From contig NC_068992.1 in NCBI RefSeq assembly GCF_001194135.2, forward strand, positions 8,851,018 through 8,889,796: a DNA stretch of 38,779 nucleotides, read 5' to 3'. The notes under the pieces are model-generated. The model was not told the origin of the DNA. It saw nothing but the letters and a program-made list of their open reading frames with translations, and ran no database searches. This document shows positions 37,144-38,779 of the stretch, one piece after another. The stretch's first letter is position 1, and each line of letters starts with the position of its first letter. The translations under genes were made by a program, and so were the position numbers. This DNA is from Octopus bimaculoides (taxonomy: Eukaryota).

Positions 37144-37488
37144 TTTCGGTGATCTGATAACTTTGCTTTCTTTAGTTGCCTTAATTTGTTCATAGACAGC
37201 TGTATTATATAACACTGAGCATACATATTGATGCAAACATGTACGAATAAATGTTCTTACTGCAATTGACACCACACTAAGAAGGTTATGAAACGGCTCT
37301 AATCATATGGAAGTCATATGGAAATATATGTGTGTGTGTGTATGTAATATATATACTTGATGCGACCCTCAAGGATCAGCCTGCGACCGACGTCGTCGAG
37401 TAAAGTCGTTCTGCCAAGTAGTGCGTCTTTTCTTTTGCAGTGCTTCTCCCCTGTTTGTTGATTTTTGCGATAGCTGAAACGAAGGAAC

Positions 37489-37530
<42 letters not shown>

Positions 37531-37654
37531 CGTGTGTGTGTGTGGGGGTATCTTTTGCTTTATATCTATTACTTGTTTGTCATTAGACTGCGTCCATGCT
37601 GGGGCACCACCTAGAATTTTTTTCTAGTGGAATGAATCGACCCCACTACTTTTA

Positions 37655-37668
37655 TTTATTATTATTAC

Positions 37669-37716
<48 letters not shown>
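37655..37716. repeat. (ATT)n microsatellite
   Basis: Direct reading. Many other tracts exist, e.g. (TA)n 8991-9037, (TG)n 6974-7010 and 37492-37544, (CATA)n 15945-15984 and 24321-24369, (TAG)n 18396-18425, (GTTT)n 1896-1925. Confidence 0.95.
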
Positions 37717-37717
<1 letters not shown>

Positions 37718-37857
37718 AATATTTTATTTTCTTAGCCAGGTACTTATTCTATCGATCTCCTTTTCCGAAACGCAAAGTCACGGGGACATAAACACACGAA
37801 CACTGGTTGTCAAGCGGTCATGGGGGACAAACATAGACACACACACAAACACACACA

Positions 37858-37892
<35 letters not shown>

Positions 37893-38575
37893 ACACACAA
37901 ACACACACACACACACAGAGTCATCTTTTTTTTTATGGCTTAGTGGATCTCGAAGCAGATTCTATATGGCAGCGATGGTGATTGTGGTATTTGCAGTAGT
38001 AGTAGCATATCAAATGCGATGTCACATCCCGCTATCTTCAATAAGCCCTCTTGTGATATAAGGGTCATCAGTAGAGAATGGTTATTTTAAAACTTGTTCT
38101 TTCATGAAAAGTCTTCTGACGCTCTTCTGTGGCTACCGTCAGTTATTTTATATCGTAAATATAATTACCAGTAGTCTTTTCTTTTCCATTTACTTCAAAC
38201 TTGCATAGTTTTATCGTAATACAAGTATGCCGTAATGGTGTTTTTTTTCTTTTGGCATTAATATCCGTAATGCTAAAAAGTGATAGAAATAAAAAATAAC
38301 AATCATAATATCAAACCAATACACAAATAAAATAAAAATAAAATAAATACACAAATAAAATAAAAATAAAACAAACAGAAACAATACGATTTTTTTTTTT
38401 TTACGTGACATTTTGTCGACGGCGTTATCGATAGCCGTTGCGATGTTACTGACGGCATTTTAATATTAGAGCAACCTTCCACAAATCACTATCAGATATA
38501 AAGAAATGTCAAGTAAACATAAACAACGTACAAATTTATATCTTCAGACTCGTGTCACCTAATTAAAAGTAAGCT

Positions 38576-38607
<32 letters not shown>

Positions 38608-38779
38608 TTTTCATTCATATTTTTATTTTTATTTCTACGTTTGTAGAAATAAGTATTCTTGTATTTTTCTATTATTCAATTGATTTTTAATGATAATTTA
38701 ATAAACGTTTTTGTTTTAAATAGTATAGCTTTAACTATTATACCGGCTAAATATGTACTAATTTTATCTTTATTATTAT

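Noticed and set aside
6671-37943. ORFs with HTHT, YIYI, VCVC, LSIY or poly-L runs (e.g. 6671-7045, 15665-16203, 36910-37275, 37596-37943)
   Set aside because: They are translations of microsatellites and SINEs.
37944-38080. Possible + strand exon WISKQILYGSDGDCGIC...
   Set aside because: Weak splice signals, a low-complexity (TAG)n core and no recognisable homology.
37436-38463. + strand hydrophobic stretches LLPCLLIFAIA and ILSTALSIAVAMLLTAF as Cys-loop M1/M2 helices
   Set aside because: The second stretch has no AG acceptor, both are bounded by stops, and the spacing does not fit.

Overview
This is AT-rich, repeat-dense eukaryotic genomic DNA with 8 assembly gaps (6006-6369, 9669-10001, 13889-14155, 16279-16329, 23818-24320, 25151-25210, 27638-28110, 37028-37053). 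The SINE families and microsatellites look like Octopus (inference from recalled repeat sequences; no search run). The only host gene I can support is a partial, spliced + strand gene encoding a 3CxxC zinc-finger (RTP-like) protein, with exons at 19874-19936, 22378-22522 and 24865-25035. Its expected last exon, carrying the third Cys/His cluster, is not visible. The rest is mostly decayed transposons: Tx1/L1, three R4/Dong pieces, Hero, RTE, Penelope, Tc1, two mariners, hAT, MITEs and a DINE-1/HINE-like element. There are also dozens of tRNA-derived SINE copies, some nested with clear target-site duplications. Non-repeat oddities are a GU-containing 100-nt hairpin at 4579-4680, hammerhead-like Penelope-type termini, and a few CpG-rich candidate exons or regulatory patches. 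Repeat boundaries are approximate unless TIRs or TSDs are quoted. I found no evidence of a multi-gene novel system.
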